Assembly (NCBI GenBank): GCA_965218295.1
Contig: CBDCKN010000009.1
Span: 480,001 to 544,000, forward strand
Direction of reading: 5' to 3'
DNA from: Longimicrobiales bacterium
GTDB taxonomy: Bacteria > Gemmatimonadota > Gemmatimonadetes > Longimicrobiales > Gaopeijiaceae
Length of the DNA: 64,000 bases
Shown here: piece after piece, positions 9,680 through 18,976 of the stretch
How positions within the stretch are numbered: the stretch's first letter is position 1
Layout of the letters: each line of letters starts with the position of its first letter
The notes under the pieces: model-generated
What the model was told of the DNA's origin: nothing
Databases searched by the model: none
The model's input: only the letters and a program-made list of their open reading frames with translations
Position numbers and translations under genes: made by a program

Positions 9680-10398
9680 CTACTCGACCACGTCGCCGAG
9701 GGTGTGAGCCGTGACGTGCTCCGTTAGGCTCGAATTCGCCAACGCAGCACCCCAATTCCTGGCGTTCAATCGTTTGGCAAGGTCGGCGGCTTCATCCAGC
9801 CTAAGGAGGAACGTGCCTTCGTGCTTGGTCGCCTTAGGCTTCACCCGATTCCCGCGACTCAAAGAAGAAGACGAAATGGCAGAAGCTCGCCATCACGTTG
9901 TCCGCTGACTTGAACCCCTCGGCGTCAGGCGCGACAAAAGACACCACGGTGGTCTCGGGCTCCTGAGACCGAACACCTTCGGGCGCGACCGTGGGGTCGG
10001 ATGGTACCCCCGGTCTGGGGGTCCCGACTTTCGACCCGGGCTTGCTCTCCGAGGATCTCAGGGATGAAAAGGCTGTCCCAGGCGCACCACGTCCACAGAG
10101 TGCGCCCGTCGAGATCGAGCTTGTGAGACATCGGTGCGGCAGCGAGACCTCCGAAACCCAACACGTGGCCCTCTTCATCCGGGTAGACGAAGGATCGGAT
10201 GAAATCCCTGCCTAGCAGCTCAGCACTCGCGACCGGCACATCCAGGGCTGCGGGAAGTTGCGTGGCGGATACCGGACTGCCTTTAGCTAGTTCGCGGTAA
10301 AGTGTGACGGCGGCACGTTGCTCGTCTTCCGCAAACGTCGGAAGCACTGCTTCGAGTGCTTGCCAATACTGATCGATGTCGGGTGTCTCGTTCATCAT
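9680..10398 (-). pseudogene. merB: Organomercurial lyase MerB, two frameshifts (near 10000 and 9835)
   Basis: LWTWCAWDSLFIP (catalytic Cys/Asp), then ASFCHFVFFF and FLLRLDEAADLAKRLN in shifted frames. Confidence 0.85.
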
Positions 10399-10473
10399 CA
10401 GTCTACCTCCCTTTTGTCATCGTCCTCGAGCACCTAATGGCCTGATCCGTCGTGGACCAGCCTCGACCAATAC

Positions 10474-10505
10474 AAGCTAAACCCTGTACCACAGTACGGA
10501 GTCAA
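10474..10505 (-). promoter_or_regulatory. MerR-type promoter/operator for merB-merT-merP
   Basis: TTGACT-CCGTACTGTGGTACAGGGTT-TAGCTT: GTAC-N4-GTAC dyad in a 20-bp spacer, close to the Tn501/Tn21 PmerT sequence TTGACTCCGTAC. Confidence 0.85.
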
Positions 10506-10549
10506 GGGCTGGTGGTGGTGGAGTCGGACATCAGCCGGGGAGAACTGCG

Positions 10550-12549
10550 TCAGCGGTCTGGCCAGCCCGAGTGATCGAGTTCCTCAAGGATCGGGCACGC
10601 ACCCGTCGGTTCCCGCGCCTCACATGCTTCGACCAGACGCTGGAGTGCGGTCTCAATCCGCCGGAGTGCCTCTATCTTACCGGCGACCTGCTCTAGTTTC
10701 TCTCGCGCTTGCGCCTCGACTGGACCGCACGCGGCGACCTCATTCACGCGCAGGTTGAGCAGTTCCGAAATCTCCCGGAGCGCGAAGCCGAGTCCCTGCG
10801 CCCGCCGGATGAACTTCACGCGGTCCACAGCGTCACCGGGGTACTGACGGTACCCCGACAGTGTCCGTGGTGGCTCTGGTAGCAGACCCTTGCGCTCGTA
10901 GAAGCGGACAGTCTCGACTCCGATTCCAGCCGCTTGCCCTCTCTGCCAACTTAGGTGAGACACGGAACGAGTAAAGAATTAGAGTAGGGCGAAGGCAGAG
11001 AAACCGAGGATGCTGGGACACCGAGAGAGAATGGAAGAGAATGGAATCGCCCCACTAACCTGGGAGGGTAAGCGAAGCGCGGCAGCTGCTCCGGACGCGG
11101 AGGTGGTAGATAAGCCGACGCGCCGACGGTTTAGTCCGTCGTACAAGCTGCGGGTCGTCGAAGAAGCGGACCGGTGCACGGAGCCGGGAGAAGGTAGGGC
11201 GACTCCTGCGACGGGAGGGCTTGTACTCGTCGCACCTGACGACATGGCGCAAGGCGGTGCGGAGTGGGTCGCTGAGAGTGCTGTCGAAGAGACGAGGTCG
11301 AAAGCCGAGCGAACGGAATCCGCTGGAGGGGAAAGTGCGCAAGCTGGAGCGCGAGAACACTCGCCTGGAGAAGGAACTCGAGAAGGCGCGCCTGATCATC
11401 GACGTCCAGGGAAAAGTTGCAGGGCTGCTGGGATTGAGCCTCGAGGACGGGACGAACTCGTGAAGGCGGCCGAGGCGCTGGCCACGTACGTAGGGGTAAA
11501 GCCCGCGTGCGATGCGCTCAGGGTCGCCCGAGCCACGTTCTATCGTCGTCGGAGGCCATCGACCGGGCATCAGCAGCCCCGCCCGACCCCAGCCCGGGCC
11601 TTGAGCGAGAAGGAACGAGACAAGGTCTTCGACACGCTGTGTTCGGAGCGATTCGTGGACCGGTCCCCGGCCGAGGTTGTGGCGACCCTGCTCGACGAAG
11701 ACGTCTACCTGTGCAGCGAACGTACGATGTATCGCGTTCTGGCCTCCCAAGTGCCAGTTCGAGAGCGCCGAGCGCAGCGGAGTCATCCCGAATACCAGAA
11801 ACCCGAGTTGATGGCGACGGGCCCGGGCCAGGTCTGGTCCTGGGATATCACACGGCTGCTGGGGCCGAGGAAGTGGAGCTACTTCTACCTCTACGTCATC
11901 ATGGACATCTTCAGCCGCTACATCGTGGGATGGATGGTGGCGGATCGGGAGAGCTCGGCCTTGGCCGGGCGCCTGATCCAGCAGAGTTGCCTGAAGCATG
12001 GCGTCCAGCCCCAGGTCCTGACCTTGCACTCGGATCGAGGAGCTCCGATGACGAGCCAATGCACGGCTCAGCTCCTCGCCGATCTCGGGGTGACCCGCTC
12101 GCTGAGCCGACCTCAGGTGTCGGATGACAATCCGTTCTCCGAGGCCCAGTTCAAGACCTTGAAGTACCATCCCTCGTTTCCTGGACGGTTCGAGGATCAG
12201 GGCCAGGCCAAAATGTTCTGTCGCTCGTTCTTCCGCTGGTACAATGCCGAGCACCGCCATGGCGGCATCTCGATGCTGACCCCCGAACAGGTCCACTTCG
12301 GTCACGCCGATCAGGTCATCGCCGGCAGGGAGGCCGTGCTACGCGAGGCCTGGGCCGCTCATCCCGACCGCTTCGTCTCCGGTGAGCCGAAGCCCAAACC
12401 GCTCCCGGAGGCCGTCTGGATCAATCCTCCAACCCCCTCCCTCACGACACAGGAGATTGCTCTCTAATTAATTCCCAAGAGTGTCTCACTGGCGTTGACA
12501 GGCTCCGTTGGGCCAAGGCACCGATTGTCAGCGTGGAGGTCTCAGACAT
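10550..12549 (-). pseudogene. merR: Hg(II)-responsive regulator MerR, split by an IS3-family element after codon 14
   Basis: 12549..12508 = MSETSTLTIGALAQ, joining AAGIGVETVRFYERKGLL...C...C...CPIL; three Cys; 3-bp duplication TTG at both IS junctions. Confidence 0.93.
10937..12507 (+). mobile_element. IS3-family element, copy 2 (divergent isoform), 3-bp TSD TTG
   Basis: Ends CCCTCTCTGCCAACTTAGGTGAGACAC / GTGTCTCACTGGCGTTGACAGGCTCCG; orfA/orfB appear fused (11010..12467) by an indel in orfA. Confidence 0.95.
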
Positions 12550-12555
12550 GACCAC

Positions 12556-12586
12556 ACACTAACCCCGTAGTCCGGTACGGGGTCAA
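12556..12586 (-). promoter_or_regulatory. Second MerR-type promoter/operator immediately upstream of merR (probably leaderless)
   Basis: TTGACC-CCGTACCGGACTACGGGGT-TAGTGT: 19-bp spacer with dyad ACCCCGTA..TACGGGGT; ATG 6 nt after the -10. Confidence 0.8.
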
Positions 12587-12678
12587 GTCCTAGGTCTAGA
12601 CGGCTGTGCCTGACCACCTCACCTGACGACCGGCTCTTCTCGCCCAGCTCCTCAAAGCGAAGTTCGGGGTCCAGCTTG

Positions 12679-12936
12679 TCAACGACGATATGGGGGTGGC
12701 GGCCCGCGGTCGTCGTCGTCCCCACCAGCGCCAATTGCGTCTTTCAGACCCTTACTGGCGCGGAAGCCGGGGGTCTTAGAAGCCGGAATGTGAATCGTAG
12801 CGCCTGTACGAGGATTCCTGCCCATACGGGTCTTGCGGTGCTTCGCCTCGAACGTACCAAAGCCTGTGATCTGAACGCGACTGTCCATCCTCAGGGTTCC
12901 GGCGATGATGCCGTCAGAGCCGAAGAGTGCGTCCAT
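12679..12936 (-). pseudogene. HU/IHF DNA-binding protein lacking its N-terminal helices
   Basis: VQITGFGTFEAKHRKTRMGRNPRTG...PGFRASKGLKDAI; no MNK-type N-terminus, abuts the permease stop. Confidence 0.8.
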
Positions 12937-12991
12937 GGCCCGAAAGGGATCCGATCGGGGGAAGCAACCGGAACTGAGGTGAGGCCGGGCC

Positions 12992-15418
12992 CTATTCGCT
13001 CCTGAGCGACGTCATAGGGTCGATACGGCTGGCGCGCCGGGCCGGGAGGGCCGAGGCCAAGAGGGCCACTGCACCGAGCAGGACCGTGACAGCCGCGTAG
13101 GCCTTGAGGTCGAAGGGCTCCACGCCGAACAACAGGCTGGCGAACAGGCGGGTCGAGGCCGCTGCACCCAGCAGCCCGATGACGAGCCCGAGCACGGTCA
13201 TGATCATGCCCTGGGAGACGATGAGGCTCAGGACGTCCCGCTGGGTGGCGCCCAGAGCCATGCGGATGCCTACTTCTTGGCGCCGCTGGGTCACGGCGTA
13301 GCTCAGCACCCCGTGGACGCCGAGGAGCGCCAGGAAGAGGGCGAAGGCGGAGAAGACCGCCAGCACCACTCCGGCGAAGCGCTCCCTGGCCGTGGCGTCG
13401 CGAAGCGTCTCATCCATGGTCGACACGTTGGAGACCGCCAGGTCCCGATCCAGCGACCAGATCGTTTCCCGGACCGAGGTGGCCATGGCGGCGGGATCGC
13501 CGGTGGTCGAGACCATCAACGTGATCGGCACCGGGCGGGGTGGAGCCTGGTACATATTGGCGTACATGGCCGGAGGCGCATCGGTGTCCAGGCCGTGGAT
13601 GCGCTCGTTCTCGACGATGCCGATGATCTCTCTCGGGATCGGTCCCCAGAAGCTGAGGGTCGATCCCAGGGCGTCGCCGTCGGGGAAGTAGCGCTCCGCT
13701 GCAGCACGGTTGATGACTACGACGAGAGGCGTGTCCGTCTCGTCGGTGGCGTCCATCTGTCGGCCGGCCACCAGCTCAACGCCTACGGTCTCGAAGTATC
13801 CGGGGGTCACGATGCGGGTTGTCATCTCCCCCTGGTTGGGACCCACCGGCTGGCTGTTGATGGAGAAGCTGTTGGTAAAGCCCTCGTCCAGAGGATGGTT
13901 GGTGGTGACGGCCGCGGACTCCACTCCCGGAAGGGCTCTCACTCGGTCGGTGAGCTGGTGGGTGAAGCCGTTCACCTCGGGCCAGTTGGGCCAGACCGAG
14001 AAATCCCGTGGATAGCGGGACGCCGGCAGCATGAAGTCCATTCGCAGCACGTTCGCGGACCGGAATCCGGGATCGACGCTCTGCAGGTTCATCAAGGTCA
14101 CGATGAACAGGCCGGCAGACACCAGCAGGATCACGGCCATGGCGATCTGACCCGACACCAGGAACCGGCGCACGGGCATCCTCGATCCGGTACCTCCCTG
14201 AGAGCGGCCTTCCTTGAGCTGATCCTGGAGGTTCAGTCGAGAGGCCTGCAGCGTGGGCAGGAGACCGAAGGCCAGCCCGATGGTGGTGCTCACCAGGAGC
14301 GCGAAGGCCAGGGCGGTGCGGTCCACGCTGATCTCACCCAGGGTGAGGAGCTCCGCCGGAGCCAATGCGAGGAGCACCTTGGTCCCGATGACGGCCAGAG
14401 CTACTCCACCGACGGCGGCCATGGCTGTGAGGGAGAGGCTCTCGACCAGGAATCGCTGGGCGAGACGGCCCCGGCCGGCGCCGAGCGCCACGTATACGGC
14501 CGTCTCCCGAGCCCGGGCCGCGCCGCGAGCGAGCAGCAGGTTGGCCACGTTGGCGCACGCGATCAGCAGCACCGTGAACACGGCGGCGAAGAGCACCCAC
14601 AGGGTCAGGCGAACGTCGCCACGGAGGTACTCAGAGATGGGCTCGACGAAGGCCCCCCGGTTCCGGTTGGCGGGGTATTCACTCTCCAGCTCCTGCGCGA
14701 TCCTCGTCATCTCGCCCTGGGCCTGCGGCACCGAGACCCCGGGCGCCAGGCGGCCCATGACCCGAACCCTGTGCGGATTCCGGGCTGCCGTGGCGATCGA
14801 CTGCTGGATGGGTGCCCAGATATCCGTATCCTTGGTCGGGAAGTCTAATTCGGCCGGAAGCACGCCGATGATGGCTGCCGGTCGGTCGTCGATGGAGACC
14901 GTGCTCCCCAGCACACCGGGGTCCGCCTCGAAGGATGTCCTCCAGAGCCGGTCGCTCAGCACGATGACCGTGGGGCCGCCGGGCACGTCTTCCACCTCGG
15001 AGATCCCCCTCCCCAGCTGGAAGCCGACGCCCAGCACGTCGTCAAGGTTGTGGGTCACGACGGCAGCGTTGAGGCGCCGGGGCTCACCCTGCTCCCGGGT
15101 CAGGTTCGCAGAGCCCTGCCCAACCATGGCCAGGGACTCGAACGAGCGGCTCCGCTCCACGAAGTCGAAGTAGTCGGCCGTGGAGGCATTCTCGCGGATC
15201 GTGCCGGTGGCGCGATCATTCTGCCAGACGACGGTGAGGTTGTCGGCGTCGTGATAGGGGAGAGGCGCAAGGAGGACGCCGTTCACGATGGAGAAGATGG
15301 CCGTTGTGGCCCCGATCCCCAGGGCGAGAGTCACGGCCACCACCCCGCTGAAGCCCCAGCTCTTCACGACTGTCCGGAATGCGAGCCGTGCGTCGTGTCC
15401 CAAGGAGTCCATCATCAT
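12992..15418 (-). CDS. ADOP-type duplicated ABC transporter permease (MacB/FtsX-like)
   Basis: TLALGIGATTAIFSIVNGVLL, LLIACANVANLLLARG, EVGIRMALGA, PARRASRIDPMTSLRSE. Confidence 0.93.
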   Translation of the reverse strand: MMMDSLGHDARLAFRTVVKSWGFSGVVAVTLALGIGATTAIFSIVNGVLLAPLPYHDADNLTVVWQNDRATGTIRENASTADYFDFVERSRSFESLAMVGQGSANLTREQGEPRRLNAAVVTHNLDDVLGVGFQLGRGISEVEDVPGGPTVIVLSDRLWRTSFEADPGVLGSTVSIDDRPAAIIGVLPAELDFPTKDTDIWAPIQQSIATAARNPHRVRVMGRLAPGVSVPQAQGEMTRIAQELESEYPANRNRGAFVEPISEYLRGDVRLTLWVLFAAVFTVLLIACANVANLLLARGAARARETAVYVALGAGRGRLAQRFLVESLSLTAMAAVGGVALAVIGTKVLLALAPAELLTLGEISVDRTALAFALLVSTTIGLAFGLLPTLQASRLNLQDQLKEGRSQGGTGSRMPVRRFLVSGQIAMAVILLVSAGLFIVTLMNLQSVDPGFRSANVLRMDFMLPASRYPRDFSVWPNWPEVNGFTHQLTDRVRALPGVESAAVTTNHPLDEGFTNSFSINSQPVGPNQGEMTTRIVTPGYFETVGVELVAGRQMDATDETDTPLVVVINRAAAERYFPDGDALGSTLSFWGPIPREIIGIVENERIHGLDTDAPPAMYANMYQAPPRPVPITLMVSTTGDPAAMATSVRETIWSLDRDLAVSNVSTMDETLRDATARERFAGVVLAVFSAFALFLALLGVHGVLSYAVTQRRQEVGIRMALGATQRDVLSLIVSQGMIMTVLGLVIGLLGAAASTRLFASLLFGVEPFDLKAYAAVTVLLGAVALLASALPARRASRIDPMTSLRSE

Positions 15419-15534
15419 CGTCCACCCCCGTCGTTCCACCCGTTGTCGTGAGTACTTCCTGCAGGCAGCCTCTACCGTTACCAGTCGGCCACAAGCAGAC
15501 CTTCGATCATGATACCGATTCGTCCCAAGCGAGT

Positions 15535-15890
15535 TTAGTCGAGGGCAAAGCAATAAAAGCGTCCTGCGCCTCTGGTCTCGTTGAATTTCTCCAGCGAGCA
15601 TCCCGATGTCGAGTGCGACGAATTCCACGAGGTGTTAAATGAACTCAGGCGGTCATGATGGCCGATCATGGCGCTGCCGTCGGGGCCGCCATAGGTCCAA
15701 TTGTCGCAGGTGAGGTTTTTGTTGACCCCGAGTTGCCCGTACCCCTGGAGGAAAGCCCTGGCCATGGGGAAAGGACCGGCCATGCGAATCCGAACCCGTG
15801 AGTATATCGTGCTCCATATTCGTCCCTTCTGGCCGGACCCGGCCGTTCACCAATTCGCCCTTCTCGGTCAACGTCGTCTCTCGAAAGCGC
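15535..15890 (-). pseudogene. C-terminal fragment of a secreted lectin-like (endostatin/DUF1554-like) protein, frameshifted
   Basis: LTEKGELVNG...HDILTGS; TCDNWT...AMIGHHDR...SWNSSH...GCS...GAGRFYCFA. Confidence 0.6.
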
Positions 15891-15901
15891 CCCCCCTACC
15901 C

Positions 15902-18850
15902 TCAGCGCTGGATCTCCTTGATCCGAATCCCCCTCCACTGCACCCCGAGCCCCACGTTCTCATCCGGGACGGAGTGGACCTGTAACGCAATGAATCCGCT
16001 CGGTGTGAGCGGGTCCAGGATGTCCGTGACCAGCACACCGTTCACCCAGGTGCGGATGTGATCCCCCACGGCCTCGATGCGGAAGTGATTCCACTCGTCC
16101 TGGCGAAAGGCAGCCTGCGCCGTGGGACGTCCGTCCAGCGGGAAGAGCCACCCGCGCCGGGCCTCATCGTAGAGCCCTCCGGTCCACTTCCGATCCGATG
16201 GGTCGATCTCGATCTGATAGCCGTGAACCCGACCGTTCTGGTACTCCGGTAGGCTGTGGCTCCTGATCTGGACGCCCGAGTTCATGTTCCGATCCACGAG
16301 GAATTCCAGCTCCAGAATGAAGTCGGAATACTCCCGATCCGTGGCCAGGAAACTGTTGGGCGAGTCCGCAACCGAAGTCCCGACAATCCTGCCGTCCCGC
16401 GCCTCGTAGCTGGCCGTGCCGTTCAGGAGGCCCCATCCGTCGAGCGACTCTCCGTCGAGGAGCGGCGTCCACCCCCCTTCGGAAGCGCGCAGCTCTTCAG
16501 CCGTGTACGTCTCCAAGCGTGCCGGCGCACTCGCCCGCACGTCGCCCACGAAGTCCGCCGAGACGGCGGTGGCCTGGTTCCCCCAGGCGTTACGCACGTA
16601 AGTCAGCGCGTCGGCGATCTGTTCGTCCGTGAAGGGCGTGGAGCGCACCGCGGGCATTACACCCACGATCTCTGGCACATCGTACGTCGTTCCGTCCACG
16701 GACACGGGACCACTCATCCCATCGAGAACGAGACGAACGAGGCGATCTGCGTCCTGCAACGCCCACTGCGAGCGCACGAGTGGGGGCGCGGTTGCAGGGA
16801 GTCCCATTCCATCGGTTCCGTGGCACGTCCCGCAATACTCCGAATACACCGCCTCACCGGCTGCGAACTGGGGCGCCAACTCGGCGGGAAGGGGGCGCTC
16901 AGCCACCGGAGTCGCGAGCGCGAGGCCCGCCGCACTTCTCACCGCGCCGACAACCCGCCCTTCCTCGACTCCCGACTCGGAAGCGAACTGCGCGAACGCG
17001 TCTTCACGGTCCTCGAGTGCACCAAGAATGCCATCGATGAGGATGGGGGCCTCGCGGTGCCGGTCAGCCAGTGTGAGCTGAATGCCCCAGGCTCGGTCCC
17101 TATTTGTCGCAGAGAGCGTGGCAGCCGCTGCAGCGATCTGCGGTGCGACTTGGGCCGTAGACGACTCCGCCAGACGCTCCAGCAGGCCCAGCGCCCGTGC
17201 GGCCTGCCCCGTGGGCACTGCAGATGTGAGACCGGCAACGGCCCCAATGAGTCTCGAGTCGCCTGAGGCCACTGCAGATTCCAAAGCCCCCACGCTGAGT
17301 CGCCCAATACCCTCTAGAGTCCACAACGCGTGGAAGCGGGCTCGCGGGTCCGCATGCCCGGCGGCCATGGCCTCCAGTTGCCCCTGTATGTCCATGGCCT
17401 GCCGCTCCACGAGCAACCGCTGTGCCGTGTCCCGCCACCAACCGTTCGGATGGGCGAGATGGCCCACCAGCTCCGAGGACGAGGCGTTCCCGAGGTCCGG
17501 TGCCGGACCAAGCTCCGCTCCAGCCCACTTCACCCGATAGATCCGTCCGAGCCCGATGGGGAGTGCAAGCCCGCGGCTCGCGATCTGGCGCTTGAGGTAA
17601 TCCGTCAGGTAAGTGACGTGCTCAATCACGCCCCTGTACATGTCCACGACGTAGAGGCTGCCGTCAGGAGCCGTATACCCGTTCACCGGCCGGAATCGCT
17701 CATCACCCGAGGTGAGGAACTCCCTTCCCTCGTAGGGGAGTGCACCCTCGACTCGTCCATCGACGTCTTCGAGGAGCACGCGCTTCACGAGATGACCCGC
17801 AGGCTCCTGAACGAACGCGTTCCCCCGATACGCCTCCGGGAAGTTGTCCCCCCGGTAGATGACAGGCCCCGCCGCCGACGTGACGTTGGCCAGGCGCCCG
17901 TTGTCGGCCAGCGTTTGTGGCCGGTAGCCCCGGTTTACGCCCGGAGTGACGCGGCTCGGGAAGACCTGGTTGGAGACCCTTCTCGCACCGTATGGCGAGG
18001 GCGAAGAAGCCCGGTGGTGCGGGTTGCTGAGGAAGGTGCTGGGCGGGAAGTCGTCTCCGCGCAGCGTCGTGCTGTTGTCATTGTAGAAGAGACGCCCCCA
18101 GTCGTCCTGCGTGATGCCCCACTGGCCCCGGAACTCGGTGGTCTCCCTCAACCATTCGCCGTCTTTCAATCGATAGCGAACATCCGATTTCGCGCTGTAG
18201 ATCCAGTTATCGGCCGCGACCAGCAGCCCGTTCGGCTGGTGATCAGGGTTGCCCCCCACCGCGTAGAGCGAGTCGATGATCGTGACCTGCCCCGCTCCAT
18301 AGCCACGCTTCTCCACGAAGAGGAGGTTGGGGGGTTCAGCTACTAGGATCCCCCCGGCGTACACGGCAATCGCTCGCGGGAGAACGAGTTCGTCCATGAA
18401 GACCGTGGAGGACTCGTACCGGCCATCGGAGTCTAGATCGCGGAGAACCACGATGCGTCCCACGGGCTCGTCCTCTCCCGTGCCGTCCAGCGTGGGCATG
18501 TAGCCCCGCATCTCGACGACCCACATCGCTCCGTTTTCATCGAAGGAGAGCGCCACCGGATCGACCACGTCCGGCTCGGCCGCGACCATTTGCACTTCGA
18601 ACCCCGGCTCGAGAGCCAAATCCGCGAGCGCTTCTTCGGCGGAGAGGACTGGGGCGGGAGGAACGCTGTCCGGATGCACCACGTCCACGTTCTGGTCGGC
18701 GTCCCCGGTCTCCGCGGCCGCGACACTCCCGTCGGCATCGGGGCGCGGGTTCGCATCAGGTGCGCTACAGCCCAACATCACCGCACCCATGACCACCCAC
18801 GCACGAGCCGACACCCAGTACTTGAACAGTGGCTCAGGATGGGCAGTCAC
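15902..18850 (-). CDS. PVC-type membrane-bound dehydrogenase domain + HEAT repeats + cytochrome c + DUF1080 lipoprotein (start approximate)
   Basis: Lipobox MLGC, AAEPDVVDPVALSFD, FRPVN, CGTCH heme motif, DUF1080 tail (MNSGVQIRS, GYQIEID, GFIALQVH). Confidence 0.85.
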   Translation of the reverse strand: MTAHPEPLFKYWVSARAWVVMGAVMLGCSAPDANPRPDADGSVAAAETGDADQNVDVVHPDSVPPAPVLSAEEALADLALEPGFEVQMVAAEPDVVDPVALSFDENGAMWVVEMRGYMPTLDGTGEDEPVGRIVVLRDLDSDGRYESSTVFMDELVLPRAIAVYAGGILVAEPPNLLFVEKRGYGAGQVTIIDSLYAVGGNPDHQPNGLLVAADNWIYSAKSDVRYRLKDGEWLRETTEFRGQWGITQDDWGRLFYNDNSTTLRGDDFPPSTFLSNPHHRASSPSPYGARRVSNQVFPSRVTPGVNRGYRPQTLADNGRLANVTSAAGPVIYRGDNFPEAYRGNAFVQEPAGHLVKRVLLEDVDGRVEGALPYEGREFLTSGDERFRPVNGYTAPDGSLYVVDMYRGVIEHVTYLTDYLKRQIASRGLALPIGLGRIYRVKWAGAELGPAPDLGNASSSELVGHLAHPNGWWRDTAQRLLVERQAMDIQGQLEAMAAGHADPRARFHALWTLEGIGRLSVGALESAVASGDSRLIGAVAGLTSAVPTGQAARALGLLERLAESSTAQVAPQIAAAAATLSATNRDRAWGIQLTLADRHREAPILIDGILGALEDREDAFAQFASESGVEEGRVVGAVRSAAGLALATPVAERPLPAELAPQFAAGEAVYSEYCGTCHGTDGMGLPATAPPLVRSQWALQDADRLVRLVLDGMSGPVSVDGTTYDVPEIVGVMPAVRSTPFTDEQIADALTYVRNAWGNQATAVSADFVGDVRASAPARLETYTAEELRASEGGWTPLLDGESLDGWGLLNGTASYEARDGRIVGTSVADSPNSFLATDREYSDFILELEFLVDRNMNSGVQIRSHSLPEYQNGRVHGYQIEIDPSDRKWTGGLYDEARRGWLFPLDGRPTAQAAFRQDEWNHFRIEAVGDHIRTWVNGVLVTDILDPLTPSGFIALQVHSVPDENVGLGVQWRGIRIKEIQR

Positions 18851-18976
18851 TAGTTGTTCTCCCGTGGAAGTTCCTCTCGCGCATTGCGGAAGCGGGGAGC
18901 ATAATGCCGGGTGCACGAGCGGGGTGGCAAGCTTCGCCCTGCCCTGCCATCTCCAACTCACTCCGGAAGGCTCCAC

